Shown here: piece by piece, positions 63,004 through 64,000 of the stretch | Layout: each line of letters begins with the position of its first letter | How positions within the stretch are numbered: the stretch's first letter is position 1 | Assembly: GCA_010015585.1 (NCBI GenBank) | Contig: ML975151.1 | Direction: 5' to 3' (one strand) | Origin: Eremomyces bilateralis CBS 781.70 | Lineage: Eukaryota | DNA: 64,000 nt | Made by a program: the position numbers and the translations under genes | Notes under the pieces: model-generated | What the model was told of the DNA's origin: nothing | What the model saw: only the letters and a program-made list of their open reading frames with translations | The model's database searches: none

Positions 63004-64000
63004 ATGGAGACCGAACCCTTGCCGTGTAAGTGGAACTATTATTGGAGAAACGACCTTTCGGAATGCAATGGCGCTAATGGATTGCCTTTCTACAGTGTCG
63101 GCCCAGCAGGAGAATGACTTCTCCAAGATCATTGACGACATTCTCGCCGAAAGCGATATCAATACCGTCTCATCCAAGTCCATTCGCAAGGGCGTGCAAG
63201 CCAAAGTCGGCTATGACCTCACCCCATATAAGGTTCGTCGAGCTCTCTCATCCACCTCCGACCATCCCTCCCTTTGGTCCATATCCGACCACTTCCCCAA
63301 CATCCCACCATCCACCAACTAACCCTCTCCAGAAATCCGTCGTAACCCTCATCCTCCAACGCTTTGACGCCTTCACTGCGACCAACAACGCCCCCGCGCA
63401 CCCCACCACCAACGGTACCACCGCCCCCTCCGCATCCCCTCCCCACCCCACCACCAACGGCATCTCCACGCCCACCCCACCCGCCAACCGCAAGCGACCC
63501 TCTGCCCCCGACTCCCCCGCCGCGCACACCAGCACGGCCTTCTCTCCGCCTCCCAGCAAAAAACACCGCCACACGGCATCCGTCGAAGAAGACGACGCAG
63601 CGTTCGCAGCGCGGTTGCAGGCGGAGGAGAACGCGCGGACGGCGCGCACGACGCGGGGTGCGGGGAACGGAAAGCGGAAAACGGCGCCGCGAAAGAAGAG
63701 CACGCCGAAGAAGAAGAGCGCGAGTCGGGTGACGGATGATAGTGGGGAGGAGGGGGAGGGTGGAGAGGGTGGGGAGAGGAAGGTGAATCGGACGGGAGGG
63801 TTTCATAAGCCGTTCAATTTGAGTCCGAGTTTGAGTGAGATGTTGGGAGGGGTGACACAGGTGAGTAACTACGAGGCCTGGTCACAGGACTAGAACGCAA
63901 GCAAGCAAACAAGCGCGCAAGCGAGGAAGGTTGCGAGTGCGAGACAGAAGCTAATGAGGTTATCCCTCGCCATAGCTCTCCCGACCCCAAACCGTCAAAC
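63004..64000 (+). CDS. DEK-C + SWIB/MDM2-domain protein (Tri1/Uaf30/Spp27-like), truncated by window end
   Basis: Exons 63004-63025, 63096-63232, 63333-63860 and 63976->64000. Motifs IIDDILAESDINTVSSKSIRK, DDAAFAARLQAEEN and GGFHKPFNLSPSLSEMLG..QLSRPQTVK. Confidence 0.88.

Overview
64 kb of an intron-containing filamentous ascomycete genome (Pezizomycotina inferred from short GT-AG introns with CTRAC branch sites and from gene content). It holds about 21 protein-coding genes. Most are conserved housekeeping genes: FEX1-type fluoride exporter, DUF4449/BPI-like protein, CapA/PGA_cap metallophosphoesterase, metaxin/Sam35, SAM methyltransferase, TRAPP Trs31, TRAP-alpha/Irc22, NYN-like + CCCH zinc-finger protein, myosin regulatory light chain, MesA/Afi1, PI4-kinase Stt4, eIF3b, synaptojanin, Par32/DUF3602-like protein, Rcy1 F-box and a truncated DEK-C/SWIB gene. 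An accessory block around a tRNA-Gly(GCC) contains a CFEM gene, an FAD/BBE oxidase, a LovD-like esterase and a secreted protein. There is also a decayed, RIP-like mutated island with an intron-containing DD34E Tc1/IS630-type transposase, an FHA pseudogene, and one 85-N assembly gap. Three observations stand out. (1) A 57-aa micro-ORF missed by the ORF track carries PRDGAGN twice, and its intron gives an identical protein whether spliced or retained. (2) That intron sits at the same GAG|N position as the intron in the neighbouring GRGGAGN-repeat (Par32-like) gene. (3) Recurrent C-rich to G-rich skew-flip domains run through exons, introns and intergenic DNA. All family calls come from motif recognition only; no searches were run.
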